Part shown: in pieces, positions 10,645-21,114 of the stretch | Position numbering within the stretch: the stretch's first letter is position 1 | Layout of the letters: each line of letters opens with the position of its first letter | Assembly (NCBI GenBank): GCA_029262455.1 | Contig: JAJCZJ010000020.1 | Location: 325,078-389,077, forward strand | Source: Deltaproteobacteria bacterium | GTDB taxonomy: Bacteria; Desulfobacterota; Binatia; HRBIN30; CADEER01 | DNA: 64,000 bases | Reading direction: 5' to 3' | Made by a program: the position numbers and the translations under genes | Notes under the pieces: generated by a model | The model's database searches: none | The model's input: only the letters and a program-made list of their open reading frames with translations | Told to the model about the DNA's origin: nothing

Positions 10645-11613
10645 TCATCTCTGGGCGCCGGCGGCCACGTAGGCGACCGTGTGCCCATCATCGCGGAGAC
10701 TCGCAAAGACATCTTCGAGTCGGTCCCCGCCGCCGCTCAGGTATGTGTCGTAGAACGCAATCATCACCTCTGCGGCGACGTCGAGCAACGGATCCGGTTG
10801 CTCTAAGAAGCGTTCGATCATGTTGACGTGATTGCCGCCAACCATCTCGATGAGGATCTTGGGAGCCTCGAGTGCCGCGTGAAAATCGCGCGAAGCTTGT
10901 GGTGGGATTGGGAAATCGACGTCGCCCTGGAAGGTCAATGTCGGTGGACCAGCCGCGCCGAACGGTTCGCCAAAAAATGGAGCGACGGCGGTCGCGGCGG
11001 GCTCGACGAACACTGTGGCCGCGATCCGGGAATCGGCACAACAAGGCGATCGGGTTGCCGCGATCACAGTCGTTCCGCCGAGAGAGTGCCCCATGGCACC
11101 GACACCGCGGTCGTCGACGCGCTGATACAATGGATCGCCCGGATCGTTGCTCGCCTCGAGTAGCGCGTTGACAACAACCGACAGGTCCTGTGGTTGCTCG
11201 CGAACATCGCCAATGCCGCTATTAAAGCCCCCCGGGGCGTCCTGATTCGTCAGCGGGAAGGCAACGGCGACGGCTATGTAGCCGGCCGCCGCCAGACGTT
11301 GTCCGATCGCATCAAAGCGTTCCGTCCTGCCACCGAAACCGTGAGCGAGCAGGACGAGCCTGCAGCGACTACCGCGGCACGCCGGCCGACTCAGTGGCGT
11401 GGCGGCGTACCAGAGCCGGGTTTCCAGCACCCGATCAATGCGCCCCGCAAAGTCGCCGTTTGGCGGCGTTGCCCGTGTCGAGTCGGTGATCGTGCGTGTT
11501 TCTTCGATCACATCTTCAAGAGCGACGTCGGTCGGAAAACCGCCACCGTCGTCATCCCCACACGAGATTGCGAGCGACGCAGCCGCAACCACGACCACGA
11601 TTTGTTTCGCCAT
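10645..11613 (-). CDS. Alpha/beta-hydrolase fold lipoprotein (serine hydrolase, GHSLGG nucleophile elbow)
   Basis: ORF 10645..11871 trimmed to the internal Met MAKQIVVVVAAASLAISCGDDDGG (lipobox LAISC). GHSLGG motif present. Resembles dienelactone hydrolase/PAF-acetylhydrolase-like esterases. Confidence 0.55.
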   Translation of the reverse strand: MAKQIVVVVAAASLAISCGDDDGGGFPTDVALEDVIEETRTITDSTRATPPNGDFAGRIDRVLETRLWYAATPLSRPACRGSRCRLVLLAHGFGGRTERFDAIGQRLAAAGYIAVAVAFPLTNQDAPGGFNSGIGDVREQPQDLSVVVNALLEASNDPGDPLYQRVDDRGVGAMGHSLGGTTVIAATRSPCCADSRIAATVFVEPAATAVAPFFGEPFGAAGPPTLTFQGDVDFPIPPQASRDFHAALEAPKILIEMVGGNHVNMIERFLEQPDPLLDVAAEVMIAFYDTYLSGGGDRLEDVFASLRDDGHTVAYVAAGAQR

Positions 11614-11741
11614 GAGCCGGTCGCTTGCCAGATACCTCATCGGGCGCAGTCCTCCCTGTAGCCATCGTTGAAGTCGAATGAACAGACCCGTGGATATACT
11701 TCGACGGCTGCGAGCAGTACAGCACCGCGATCCGAACCCGA

Positions 11742-13133
11742 TCACAGTGCAGGCGACGGTCTCGAGACCCACCACAACCGCGCGCTCAACAAGCACGCTG
11801 CCGTGGCGAGACCAGCGAGTAAGCCATACCACACACCCGTAGCACCAATCGGGGTAAAAAGCCCGAGCCAAGCGGAGACGGGAAACCCGACCAACCAGTA
11901 GCTGACGAATGTGATGTACATCGGCAAGCGAACATCTTTCAGCCCACGCAGCGCTTGGTTGGCGGAAACCTGTGTCGCGTCAAAGAGGGCGAAGGTCGCC
12001 GCAATCGGCAGGAACGACGATGCAAGACCGAGCACTGTCGCGTTCAACGGGTCAGCCGCATCGAGGTAGAGTCCCGCGATCCCGGTGGGGACCGTCATCG
12101 CCGGCACCGCTACGAACATGATCGCTCCGATGCAAGACAGGATGGAAACCACCGCTGCGCGGCGCACCCCCGCTGCGTCGCGCGCACCCGCCATGAGTCC
12201 GACGCGCACCCCGCCGGCCATCGACAAGCCCAACGGCATCATGAACGCAAGCGCCGCGACATTGAGCGCAACTTGGTACGCAGCCATTTCGTCGATGCCG
12301 ATGCGTCCCATCAGGAAGACAGCCGCGTTGAACAACATCGCCTCGAAAAACATGGTGAAGCCGATGGGCCAGCTCAGCTGCACCAACTCATCGAGGCTCA
12401 CCCAACAGGGCTTGGAAAAGTTCGAGAAGAGCGCAAAGCGCCGGCTCGCAGATTCCAGATTGATGTAAGCGACGAGAGAGAAGAAGCCAGCGGCGTGCGA
12501 GATCGAGGACGCGATCCCAGCTCCCACGAGTTCGAGCCGGGGAAATCCCCAATTGCCGTAGATGAGCAGCCAATTGAGGAGCGCGTTGAGCAACGTCGAA
12601 ATGACGATAATGACAAGCGGTGCGCGCGTCCGTTCGATCGCAGCAAGAAAATTGCGCAGCGCCACGACTCCGAGAGCAAACGGCAATCCCGCGGCGAGCG
12701 CTAACACGTAGGGCTCGGCCATCGCAGCCGGGAGAGCCGGCTGACCGAGAATCTGGGCGATCTCCTCCGTAAAGAGAAAGGTGATCGACAGGATCGGGAT
12801 ACAGACGCCAATCGTCCACAACCCCATGCGCACCGCTCGTCGCACGCTCGCGGTATCATCTGGATCGGCACCGAGCGCCTGGGAGACCATCGGCGACACG
12901 GCCATCGCCGGACCGAAGCCGAAAAGAAACATCGCGTAAAAAATGACTTGGCCAAGTGACGCGCTCGCCAACGCCTCCGGCCCGAGCCGACCGATCATCA
13001 AGACGTCCACGGTGTTGATGGAGAACTGGACGAGCTGCGTCAGTCCCATCGGGATGCCGATGGCCAGGAGCGCAAGAAATTCGCGCCGCCAGGGGCCCGC
13101 TGGAGTGTTCGATCGGTTCGCTGAAGTCGCCAT
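11742..13133 (-). CDS. MATE family multidrug/sodium efflux transporter (NorM-like)
   Basis: 463 aa with 12 predicted TM segments. N-terminal signature GIPMGLTQLVQFSINTVDVLMIGRLGPEALASASLG typical of MATE proteins. Confidence 0.75.
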   Translation of the reverse strand: MATSANRSNTPAGPWRREFLALLAIGIPMGLTQLVQFSINTVDVLMIGRLGPEALASASLGQVIFYAMFLFGFGPAMAVSPMVSQALGADPDDTASVRRAVRMGLWTIGVCIPILSITFLFTEEIAQILGQPALPAAMAEPYVLALAAGLPFALGVVALRNFLAAIERTRAPLVIIVISTLLNALLNWLLIYGNWGFPRLELVGAGIASSISHAAGFFSLVAYINLESASRRFALFSNFSKPCWVSLDELVQLSWPIGFTMFFEAMLFNAAVFLMGRIGIDEMAAYQVALNVAALAFMMPLGLSMAGGVRVGLMAGARDAAGVRRAAVVSILSCIGAIMFVAVPAMTVPTGIAGLYLDAADPLNATVLGLASSFLPIAATFALFDATQVSANQALRGLKDVRLPMYITFVSYWLVGFPVSAWLGLFTPIGATGVWYGLLAGLATAACLLSARLWWVSRPSPAL

Positions 13134-13432
13134 GATATTCGACCGAAGATGCTACAAGAGGCTAGCTGGCGATAGGGCCTCGATTTCGACGATCGACGAA
13201 CCATCGCGCGCGATCGCGCATGAGACCAGAAGTGGCGGCGAACCACGACGTGTGCAGTCGGCCAGCTTAATCCCAACCTACGTCAACCCAAAATCCTGGC
13301 TCGCTTCCTTGCAAGCCAGGGAACTTCCGAGTCAGATCGTTGGTTCTCCTGTCGGCAATACGCTTTGACGAACCGTCCAAAGAATTGGACGCGGTGCAAT
13401 CTGCCAACGGTCATCAATTCCCACACCAATCA

Positions 13433-13439
13433 AAGGAGC
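13433..13439 (+). promoter_or_regulatory. Ribosome-binding site (aaaggag) upstream of ATG 13446
   Basis: Read directly from the sequence. Confidence 0.5.
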
Positions 13440-13445
13440 ATACTC

Positions 13446-15086
13446 ATGAAGGCAAGTGACCTATTGGTCCGCGCCCTGGAGAACGAGGGGGTCGAGTACA
13501 TCTTCGGCATTCCCGGCGAAGAGAATCTCGATTTACTCGAATCACTCAGATCCTCAAAAATCCGCTTGATCCTGACACGCCACGAACAGGCAGCTGGATT
13601 CATGGCCGCAACGGTCGGCCGGCTCACCGGCAAGGTCGGCGTGTGTCTATCGACGCTCGGACCAGGCGCGACCAACTTCATGACCGCCGCATCCTACGCT
13701 TTGCTGGCCGGACTGCCGGTCTTGTTCATCACAGGTCAAAAGCCAATCAAGAAGAGCAAACAGGGACGTTTTCAGATCATCGACATCGTGCGGATGATGG
13801 AGCCGGTAACCAAGCTCAGCAAGCAGATCGTCGACGGCAACAACATCCCCTACTTCGTACGCGAAGCCTTCCGCGTCGCCCGACAAGAGAAACCCGGGCC
13901 AATCCATCTGGAACTACCGGAGGATATCGCGGCCGAAGAAGTCGACCGCCATCCGTTTGCAGTGACCGAGCCGACACCGCCGGGAGCGAGTCACTCCGCT
14001 CTCAAACACGCCGCAGAATTGGTCATGCAAGCCAAGCGCCCGCTGCTCTGCGTCGCGGCCGGCGCAAACCGGCAAGACACACGCGCCGCGCTCGAGCAGC
14101 TGATCAACAACACCGGACTATATTTCGTAACCACTCAAATGGGCAAAGGCGCGGTCGACGAACGCCACGACCGTTTTCTCGGCACGACAGCTCTTTCGAG
14201 TGACGACTACGTTCATTGCGCCATTGAGCGTGCGGACCTCATCGTCAACTTCGGTCACGACCTGAGCGAAAAACCGCCGTTCTTCATGAAGGAGGGGGGT
14301 CGAACCGTGATCCACGTGTCCTACTCACCGGCCGAAATGGACGACGTGTACTTCCCGCAACACGAGGTGATCGGCTGCACCGCGGCCAACGCGACATCCC
14401 TGAGCGATCTCATCAAGCCCTCGGAGCATTGGGATCTCGACTACTTCGCAAGGGTCAAAGAGCAGGTCGATACGCACGTACTGCACCACTTCGGCGACGA
14501 ACGCTTTCCGTTCCTGCCACCGCGCGCTGTGCACGAGGTGCGCTCCGCGGTGAAGAGCGACGCCATCCTTTCGCTGGACAACGGTATGTACAAGATCTGG
14601 TTCGCCCGAAACTACCAGGCGCACGCCCCGAACACCGTGCTGCTCGACAATGCCCTGGCGACCATGGGCGCCGGTCTACCGGTCGCGATCGGGGCCAAAC
14701 TTCTCCGGCCCGATCGCCAGGTGATAGCCGTCTGCGGCGATGGCGGCTTTATGATGAACTCACAGGAATTGGAAACCGCGGTCCGACTCGAACTGGATCT
14801 CGTCGTCCTCGTGCTACGCGACGACTCCTACGGAATGATTCGCTGGAAGCAGGAGTCCGTCGGCTTCCCCGACTGGGGGTTGGAGTTCAAGAACCCCGAC
14901 TTCGTTCGCTACGCCGAATGCTACGGCGCCACGGGACACCGCGTGAAAGAAATCGGCGGTCTCGAAGAAACAATGCGCCGGGCGTTGGCCGCGGGCGGAG
15001 TCCATCTGATCGAAGCGCCGATCGACTACTCGGAAGACAATCACGCGCTCGGAGAGGCCCTGCGCGAAAGAACATGTGCAATCTGA
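13446..15086 (+). CDS. Thiamine-pyrophosphate-dependent enzyme, acetolactate synthase-like (catabolic ALS/sulfoacetaldehyde acetyltransferase family)
   Basis: Start refined to MKASDLLVRALENEGVEYIFGIPGEENL (TPP enzyme N-terminal Pyr domain). A central domain and a C-terminal TPP-binding region GDGGFMMN are present. About 547 aa. Confidence 0.65.
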   Translation: MKASDLLVRALENEGVEYIFGIPGEENLDLLESLRSSKIRLILTRHEQAAGFMAATVGRLTGKVGVCLSTLGPGATNFMTAASYALLAGLPVLFITGQKPIKKSKQGRFQIIDIVRMMEPVTKLSKQIVDGNNIPYFVREAFRVARQEKPGPIHLELPEDIAAEEVDRHPFAVTEPTPPGASHSALKHAAELVMQAKRPLLCVAAGANRQDTRAALEQLINNTGLYFVTTQMGKGAVDERHDRFLGTTALSSDDYVHCAIERADLIVNFGHDLSEKPPFFMKEGGRTVIHVSYSPAEMDDVYFPQHEVIGCTAANATSLSDLIKPSEHWDLDYFARVKEQVDTHVLHHFGDERFPFLPPRAVHEVRSAVKSDAILSLDNGMYKIWFARNYQAHAPNTVLLDNALATMGAGLPVAIGAKLLRPDRQVIAVCGDGGFMMNSQELETAVRLELDLVVLVLRDDSYGMIRWKQESVGFPDWGLEFKNPDFVRYAECYGATGHRVKEIGGLEETMRRALAAGGVHLIEAPIDYSEDNHALGEALRERTCAI

Positions 15087-15090
15087 GGAG
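15085..15090 (+). promoter_or_regulatory. Ribosome-binding site (gaggag) upstream of ATG 15097
   Basis: Read directly from the sequence. Confidence 0.45.
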
Positions 15091-15096
15091 ATAGGG

Positions 15097-16482
15097 ATGT
15101 CCATCCGAATCGAAGCGGCCTACGACGGAAGCCTGATCGAGGAACTGCCACTGCACACAGAAGCCGAGGCCATCGAGATGATGAGCGCTGCCCACGCCGC
15201 GTACATGGATCGCACTCGGTGGCTGCCGGCCCACCAGCGCATCGCCATTCTCGAGAAAGTAGCCGACGCAATTTCGTCACGCACGGAAGAGTTGGCCCTG
15301 CAGGCAGCCCGAGAAGGAGGCAAGCCGCTGCAAGATTCCCGCGTCGAAGTCGCCCGGGCTGTAGACGGTGTGAAGACCGCGATCGAGACATTGCGGCAAT
15401 TGGGTGGCACAGAAATTCCGATGGGCATCACCCCTTCGTCTGCGGGACGGACTGCGCACACCTACCGCGAGCCACGCGGTGTGGTGCTGGCGATCAGCGC
15501 CTTCAACCACCCCTTCAACCTGATCGTGCACCAAGTCGTCACCGCAGTGGCGGCAGGATGTCCGGTGGTGGTCAAGCCCGCCGCCACCACTCCCTTGTCT
15601 TGCCGATCCCTCGTACGGATCGTGCAAGAAGCGGGACTGCCGACCGATCTGTGCCATTTCGTCTTGTGCGAGCGAGATGTTGCTGAACGCCTTGTGACCG
15701 ATCGGCGAACGGCTTTTCTCACATTCATCGGCTCAGCCCGGGTCGGCTGGAGTCTGCGCTCGAAGTTACCACCCGGGGCGGCATGTGCCCTCGAGCACGG
15801 CGGTGTGGCACCAGCAGTCGTCGATGCTACGGCCGACATCGACGATGCCCTGCCGCTCCTCGTCAAAGGCGGCTTCTACCACGCCGGCCAGGTCTGCGTG
15901 TCGGTCCAGCGCATCTACGTCGACGACACGATCGCAGACGACTTCGTGCAGGGCTTCGAGCAGCAAGTGCGCGACCTGAAGGTCGGCGATCCTACGGATC
16001 CCGGTACCGAGGTCGGCCCGTTGATCCTGCCGCGCGAGGTCGACCGTGTAGACGAGTGGGTCAAGGAAGCTGTCGCCGCGGGCGCCGAACTGCGATGCGG
16101 CGGCGAGAGAGTTTCACCCCACGTCTACGCCCCAACGATTCTCGTCGATCCACCCGACGACGCACGCGTCACAACTTCCGAGATTTTCGGGCCCGTGGTT
16201 TGCGTCTACCGATACAAAGATCTCGACGAGGCGGTGCGGAGGGCCAACGCCCCCGACAGCTACTTCCAGGCGTCGGTCTTTACGCAGCGACTCGATGTCG
16301 CCTTGGATCTGTCCAGGCGCTTGAATGGCATGGCGGTGATGGTCAACGATCACACCGCCTTTCGCGTCGACTGGATGCCGTTCGGCGGGCACCGCCAATC
16401 CGGTCTCGGTCGCGGCGGCATCGGATACACGATCGAAGACATGTCGATCGAGCGCATGGTGGTCTTCCGAACGCCGCATTGA
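15097..16482 (+). CDS. NAD(P)+-dependent aldehyde dehydrogenase
   Basis: ALDH-family pattern (catalytic Cys region GQVCVSVQRIYV; Glu region LEHGG-like ALEHGGVAPAVV). Overlaps or is coupled with the upstream TPP-enzyme gene. Confidence 0.7.
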   Translation: MSIRIEAAYDGSLIEELPLHTEAEAIEMMSAAHAAYMDRTRWLPAHQRIAILEKVADAISSRTEELALQAAREGGKPLQDSRVEVARAVDGVKTAIETLRQLGGTEIPMGITPSSAGRTAHTYREPRGVVLAISAFNHPFNLIVHQVVTAVAAGCPVVVKPAATTPLSCRSLVRIVQEAGLPTDLCHFVLCERDVAERLVTDRRTAFLTFIGSARVGWSLRSKLPPGAACALEHGGVAPAVVDATADIDDALPLLVKGGFYHAGQVCVSVQRIYVDDTIADDFVQGFEQQVRDLKVGDPTDPGTEVGPLILPREVDRVDEWVKEAVAAGAELRCGGERVSPHVYAPTILVDPPDDARVTTSEIFGPVVCVYRYKDLDEAVRRANAPDSYFQASVFTQRLDVALDLSRRLNGMAVMVNDHTAFRVDWMPFGGHRQSGLGRGGIGYTIEDMSIERMVVFRTPH

Positions 16483-16732
16483 GAAAGCCCGTGTGGCATA
16501 CGCGGTTTGACGAATCGGCAGAATGGGCTAGTTCTTCCACAATGGTTAGACTCCTGCCTCCCACTGCCACAACGATGTTCTCGTCGACCTACCCGGCGGC
16601 TCTTTCGAACGCCGAGGCGACGTCATTGGCGGCGTTCGCCATGCTAGGGGTTTACCGACTCGGAAAGCCAGGCCACTGGGCCTGAGAAACCGCCCGCTCG
16701 GCCTCAACATCTAAGACCACGACAAAGGGCGT

Positions 16733-18856
16733 ATGGTTTCAGAAAACCAAGTCGGTTCGAGTTTGCGCTGGTGGGCCATCGTCGGGCTTGGGATCGCAGG
16801 ATATCTCGCTGCCTTCGCCCTATGGCAGATCTCGGACACCGAGCTGCCGGCAACCGGACCACCGGGACGCGGCGCTGATCTGAAGTCGTACTTCCTTCCC
16901 GGTATGGCTTTCATTCGCCAGTCATTGCTCGACGGCGAGCTGCCGCTTTGGAATCCATACGCACTGGCCGGCTCTCCGTTCATCGCGCTACACCACCCGG
17001 GCGCTCTTTACCCACTGCTCGTCGCCTTCGCTCCCCTGCCCCCACACCTAGCCATCGCTGCGCACGGACTCCTCCACCTCGCACTCGCGGGCATTTTCAC
17101 CGCCGTCTACGCGAGAAAAGTCGGCCTGCAGGCCGGAGCCTGTCTCGCTGCAGGCCTTGCGTACATGGGTTCCGGGCCCTTGATTACGGCCCTGTTCAAC
17201 ACTGCCTACCTGTCGACCTTCGTCTGGCTTCCGGCGATCCTTTGGGCCATCGAGCACCTTTGCGACAGGCCAGGTCGACTTGCAGCGGTGCGAATGGCTG
17301 GCGCGATCGCCCTTTGCTTTCTCGCCGGGCACGTACAGGCCTTTGTCTATTCAGTCCAATTCGCTGCGCTCTATGGAGCCGCCCGGTTGTTCGCCTCACA
17401 ACCGAGACAACGCTGGCTAGCCACCATCGGGTGGAGCTTTGCAGCGGGCCTACTAGCTGTTGGATTAATCGCCATACAGCTACTCCCAACGGCAAGCCAT
17501 GCAGCTTCGGCGGCTCGCAGTTTGGAGGGCCTTGTATACAATCTAGCCCGCTGGTCTCAGCTGCGATGGACGGCACTGCCGGAAATTCTCGCCGGCCAAG
17601 GCCACTACCCGTTCAGTCTGCCGTTCCTTTTCGCCCCTTTGGTCGTCGCAGCGCTGTTGTCGAGCCAGCGCATGGTCGCCGCAACGCTCTTGGCGATCTT
17701 CCTCCTTTGCTTCGACTTCATGACCGGGGGGCATGCCTTTGGTTCCAGATTCTACTACGCCCTCCCCGCTGGAAATCTGTTTCGCTTCCCCACGCGCATG
17801 GACTTTGCCTATCACTTCGCAGCCGCCACACTTATCGGATTCGGGGCGAATTTCTTTATCCTGCAGGCCAAGCGACGGAGTTCCCGATTCGCGCTCATCG
17901 CTAGCATCCTGATTCCTTCGCTCCTGGCGATCGACCTATTCTCGCGCAATCGTCTCCCGTATCACTACGACCTCTGGAGCGACCCGTTCTCAACCAGTGC
18001 CGTAGACAACACGGTCGATCTAGCCGCGACCGCCGGCTACGATCGGATGTTCATTCAGAACCACGCCTGGGTGACCGTACCGCTCAAGTTCGGGACGCTG
18101 CGCGGCGTTTTCGCTCTGCCGGATTACGATCCGATGCCACCTGGCCTCTACACTGAGTTCTTCGAAGTGCCAGGTGCGCTGTGGCACGGCCGACTCGAAG
18201 TCGTCGATCCGTGGCCAGGAAAGCAGAAAAACCGAAACCTGCAGCCGGCCAGCAGGCTCGACCTACTCAGTGTTCGTTACTACGTTGACGCACGGACAAA
18301 CGCTGTCAGAACCGGCCCCAACGGCATGGCTACCGTGGCCAAAGCCCACCGCATTCGCAGAGGCCCCCCCGCGGCTTACAAGCGCGAATCGGCCCTGCCT
18401 CGGACCTACATCGTCAAGGACGTTATCGCAGCGACGTCGGACGATGAAGCCTTGGCGCGAGTCAAAGCGCTCGACTTTGACCCCAGGCAAACCGCTGTTG
18501 TCATCGGCACCGACGCATTTCCATCAACACCGCTGAGCCCTGACGACAGCGCCCGGATCACCGCCTTCAGGCGCAACGATGTCTCGATCGAAGCCTCTTG
18601 CACTTCCGATTGCCTGCTCGTACTCACAGACCTCTACGACCCAGACTGGTCCGTGCACGTCGACGGAGCACCGCGCGAACTCCTGCGCGCCAACTACCTG
18701 GTGCGCGGAGTCCGACTCGAGGCGGGAACCCACAGGGTCGACTTCCACTACCGCGCGCCCGCGTTCTGGACCGGCGCGGCGACCACCTTGATCACCATGA
18801 CCATCGCCATATACCTGGCCGCAAGCGGACGACGGAGGCCCTCTCGTGAGCCCTGA
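16733..18856 (+). CDS. YfhO-like GT-C fold membrane glycosyltransferase, paralog 1 of 3
   Basis: 707 aa. About 450 aa of multi-TM N-terminal region followed by a soluble C-terminal domain ending YDPDWSVHVDGAPRELLRANYLVRGVRLEAGTHRVDFHYRAP. Strongly similar along its whole length to the ORFs at 18846 and 21936. Confidence 0.5.
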   Translation: MVSENQVGSSLRWWAIVGLGIAGYLAAFALWQISDTELPATGPPGRGADLKSYFLPGMAFIRQSLLDGELPLWNPYALAGSPFIALHHPGALYPLLVAFAPLPPHLAIAAHGLLHLALAGIFTAVYARKVGLQAGACLAAGLAYMGSGPLITALFNTAYLSTFVWLPAILWAIEHLCDRPGRLAAVRMAGAIALCFLAGHVQAFVYSVQFAALYGAARLFASQPRQRWLATIGWSFAAGLLAVGLIAIQLLPTASHAASAARSLEGLVYNLARWSQLRWTALPEILAGQGHYPFSLPFLFAPLVVAALLSSQRMVAATLLAIFLLCFDFMTGGHAFGSRFYYALPAGNLFRFPTRMDFAYHFAAATLIGFGANFFILQAKRRSSRFALIASILIPSLLAIDLFSRNRLPYHYDLWSDPFSTSAVDNTVDLAATAGYDRMFIQNHAWVTVPLKFGTLRGVFALPDYDPMPPGLYTEFFEVPGALWHGRLEVVDPWPGKQKNRNLQPASRLDLLSVRYYVDARTNAVRTGPNGMATVAKAHRIRRGPPAAYKRESALPRTYIVKDVIAATSDDEALARVKALDFDPRQTAVVIGTDAFPSTPLSPDDSARITAFRRNDVSIEASCTSDCLLVLTDLYDPDWSVHVDGAPRELLRANYLVRGVRLEAGTHRVDFHYRAPAFWTGAATTLITMTIAIYLAASGRRRPSREP

Positions 18857-21008
18857 GAACCCCGACGCGAGTTCAGATGCCGTTCGGAACAACCGCCACG
18901 CAACCTTGCGATGGTGGTTGGTCGTCGGGCTCGGGATCGGGGGATTCCTCGCTGCGTTTATCGTCTTCCGCCTACTCGACCAGAGCCTTCCGCTCACCGG
19001 CCCGCCGGCGAACGGCGCCGACCTAAAGTCCTATTTCATTCCGGCGATGGCGTTCATGCGACAGGCCTTCTTCGACGGCGAGCTGCCCCTGTGGAACCCG
19101 TACCAACTCGCCGGGTCTCCGTTCATTGCGCTCCATGGACCAGGCGCGCTCTACCCGTTGCTCTTCATCTTCACTCCACTACCGCCCCACGTCGCGCTGA
19201 TCGCACACGCCCTGCTCCACTACGTTCTCGCTGGACTGTTCAGCGCGCTGTACGCGCGAAAGATCGGTCTACCAAGTGCCGCATGTCTCGTGGCTGGACT
19301 CGCGTACGTGGGCTCGCCGCCACTCGTCGACGCCGCATTCAACACGGGATACCTGTCGACCTTCGTCTGGCTTCCGGCGATCCTGCTGGCAGTCGAGAGC
19401 ATCTGCGACACGCCCGGGCGTCGGACGGCGGTTCTCCTAGCCGGAGTCCTGGCGCTCTGCTTTTTGGCCGGACACCCCCAGGCGTTCGTTTATTCCGTCT
19501 TCATCGCCGCACCCTACGGCGCCCTGCGCCTGTTGACCTCCCAACCTTCTGCAAAGTGGGTGTCGATTCTCGTCTGGAGTACGACAGCAGGCTTGCTGGC
19601 GGCTGGTCTGATGGCGATACAGATCCTACCGACCGCCAGCCACGCCAACACCGCCGCCAGAAACCTCGACGGTCTCAACTATCATCTCGCACGATGGTCG
19701 GCCCTGCGATGGCATCATCTACCTAGCCTTCTCACCGGCCAAGACGGCCCCCCGCTCGGTCTACCATTTCTCTTCGCGCCCCTAACCATCGCTGCGCTCT
19801 TCTCGCGCCAACGCGTACTCGCGCTGACTCTGCTGTCGATCTTTCTATTGTCCTTCGACTACATGACCGGCGTCAGCGCACTCGGGTCAAAACTCTACTA
19901 TGCCTTGCCTGCGGGGAATCTGTTTCGTCTCCCCCAACGAATGGCATTTGCGTACCACGCGCTTGCCGCTGCATTAATGGCGCTCGGCGTGAGCGCCGTA
20001 ATCTCCGGAGCCAAACGCTGGGGATCTACCCTCGCGATCATCGCGGCAATCACGATCCCGGCGATCCTCGCACTCGATCTCTTCGTCCGTAATCCACTTC
20101 GTTTTCGCTACGACCTCTGGCGCGCCCCCTGGTCGGTCCCCGGAGCCGCAGAAACCTCACCCCTATTGAACGCAGCCGGCTTCGACCGACTTTTCATCCA
20201 GAATCGGGCCAAAGTAACAATACCGCGAAAATTTGGAATGTTGCATCGAGCGTTCATCCTGCCGGACTACGATCCGTTGCTCCCCGGCATCTACCGCCCG
20301 TTCTTTCAGATCCCGCCGAAAGGGCTGTGGCACGGTACCCTCGACATTGTCGATCCGTGGCGCGGCAGACCGCTAAATTCTGTGCGCAAGCCGATTCTGC
20401 AACCCCCAACACGCCTCGATTTACTCAGCGTTCGCTACTACGTGGATGCTCGCCACGGAGCCGCTAGCGACCCGAAAAAACTAGGCCCGGCCTCCCAACT
20501 CGCGGACATCCACGTCGGGCAACACGCTGTCTACAAACGTGAGACGGCAGTGCCCCGCACGTACATCGTGAAGGACATCGTCGGTGTGAATTCGGAGGCA
20601 GATGCCTTGGCGAGAGTGCACGCCCTCGACTTCGACCCTGCTCGGACGGCCATTGTCGTCGGTCCCCCTGCACAATCCTCAGAAACTCCGGCGGCGAACG
20701 AAGGGGCGCGCATCACGTCTTTTCGCCGCAACGACGTTCGCATCGAAGCATCCTGCAATTCGGATTGCCTGCTCGTCCTGACCGACCTGTACGACCCCGA
20801 TTGGTCAGTTCAGGTCGACGGGCAACCTACAACGTTGCTGCGCACCAACTACTTGGTTCGTGGCGTCCGGCTCAACCCTGGAACCCACACCGTAGATTTC
20901 CACTATCGCGCCCCCGCCTTCTGGACCGGTGCTGCGATCACGCTTGCGGCGCTGCTGGTGTCAGGCTACCTCGCCCTGTCCGGAAGAGAACATAAGCGAG
21001 TCGGCTAG
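18846..21008 (+). CDS. YfhO-like GT-C fold membrane glycosyltransferase, paralog 2 of 3 (GTG start overlapping upstream stop)
   Basis: 720 aa. Shares LRWW..VGLGIGGFLAAF, GADLKSYF, DGELPLWNPYQLAGSPFIALH, NTGYLSTFVWLPAIL and a C-terminal YDPDWSVQVDG motif with paralog 1. Confidence 0.5.
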   Translation: MSPENPDASSDAVRNNRHATLRWWLVVGLGIGGFLAAFIVFRLLDQSLPLTGPPANGADLKSYFIPAMAFMRQAFFDGELPLWNPYQLAGSPFIALHGPGALYPLLFIFTPLPPHVALIAHALLHYVLAGLFSALYARKIGLPSAACLVAGLAYVGSPPLVDAAFNTGYLSTFVWLPAILLAVESICDTPGRRTAVLLAGVLALCFLAGHPQAFVYSVFIAAPYGALRLLTSQPSAKWVSILVWSTTAGLLAAGLMAIQILPTASHANTAARNLDGLNYHLARWSALRWHHLPSLLTGQDGPPLGLPFLFAPLTIAALFSRQRVLALTLLSIFLLSFDYMTGVSALGSKLYYALPAGNLFRLPQRMAFAYHALAAALMALGVSAVISGAKRWGSTLAIIAAITIPAILALDLFVRNPLRFRYDLWRAPWSVPGAAETSPLLNAAGFDRLFIQNRAKVTIPRKFGMLHRAFILPDYDPLLPGIYRPFFQIPPKGLWHGTLDIVDPWRGRPLNSVRKPILQPPTRLDLLSVRYYVDARHGAASDPKKLGPASQLADIHVGQHAVYKRETAVPRTYIVKDIVGVNSEADALARVHALDFDPARTAIVVGPPAQSSETPAANEGARITSFRRNDVRIEASCNSDCLLVLTDLYDPDWSVQVDGQPTTLLRTNYLVRGVRLNPGTHTVDFHYRAPAFWTGAAITLAALLVSGYLALSGREHKRVG

Positions 21009-21114
21009 GCGAAACGACCTTCCGCCGTCCAGCGCAGGATCGGCTCTTGCGAGCCGAACAATCGCCGAGGCCCCCGACGCACGTAACCCCTGGAAGCGTG
21101 AAATCATCCAGACT

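Noticed and set aside
11955-12704. Plus-strand ORFs 11955..12704 and 12085..12468
   Set aside because: Antisense to the well-supported MATE transporter gene. Arg/His-rich nonsense translation.
13446-16482. Considered calling the TPP-enzyme/ALDH pair a sulfoacetaldehyde (xsc) or acetoin catabolic operon linked to the sulfotransferases
   Set aside because: The TPP enzyme can be placed only at the acetolactate-synthase-like family level, with no sulfonate-specific motifs. The functional link to the distant sulfotransferases would be speculation.
15783-16685. 300-aa plus-strand ORF overlapping the aldehyde dehydrogenase gene in another frame
   Set aside because: Extremely Arg-rich (RRRR runs) translation, and the ALDH frame has clear family motifs. 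Alternative-frame artefact.
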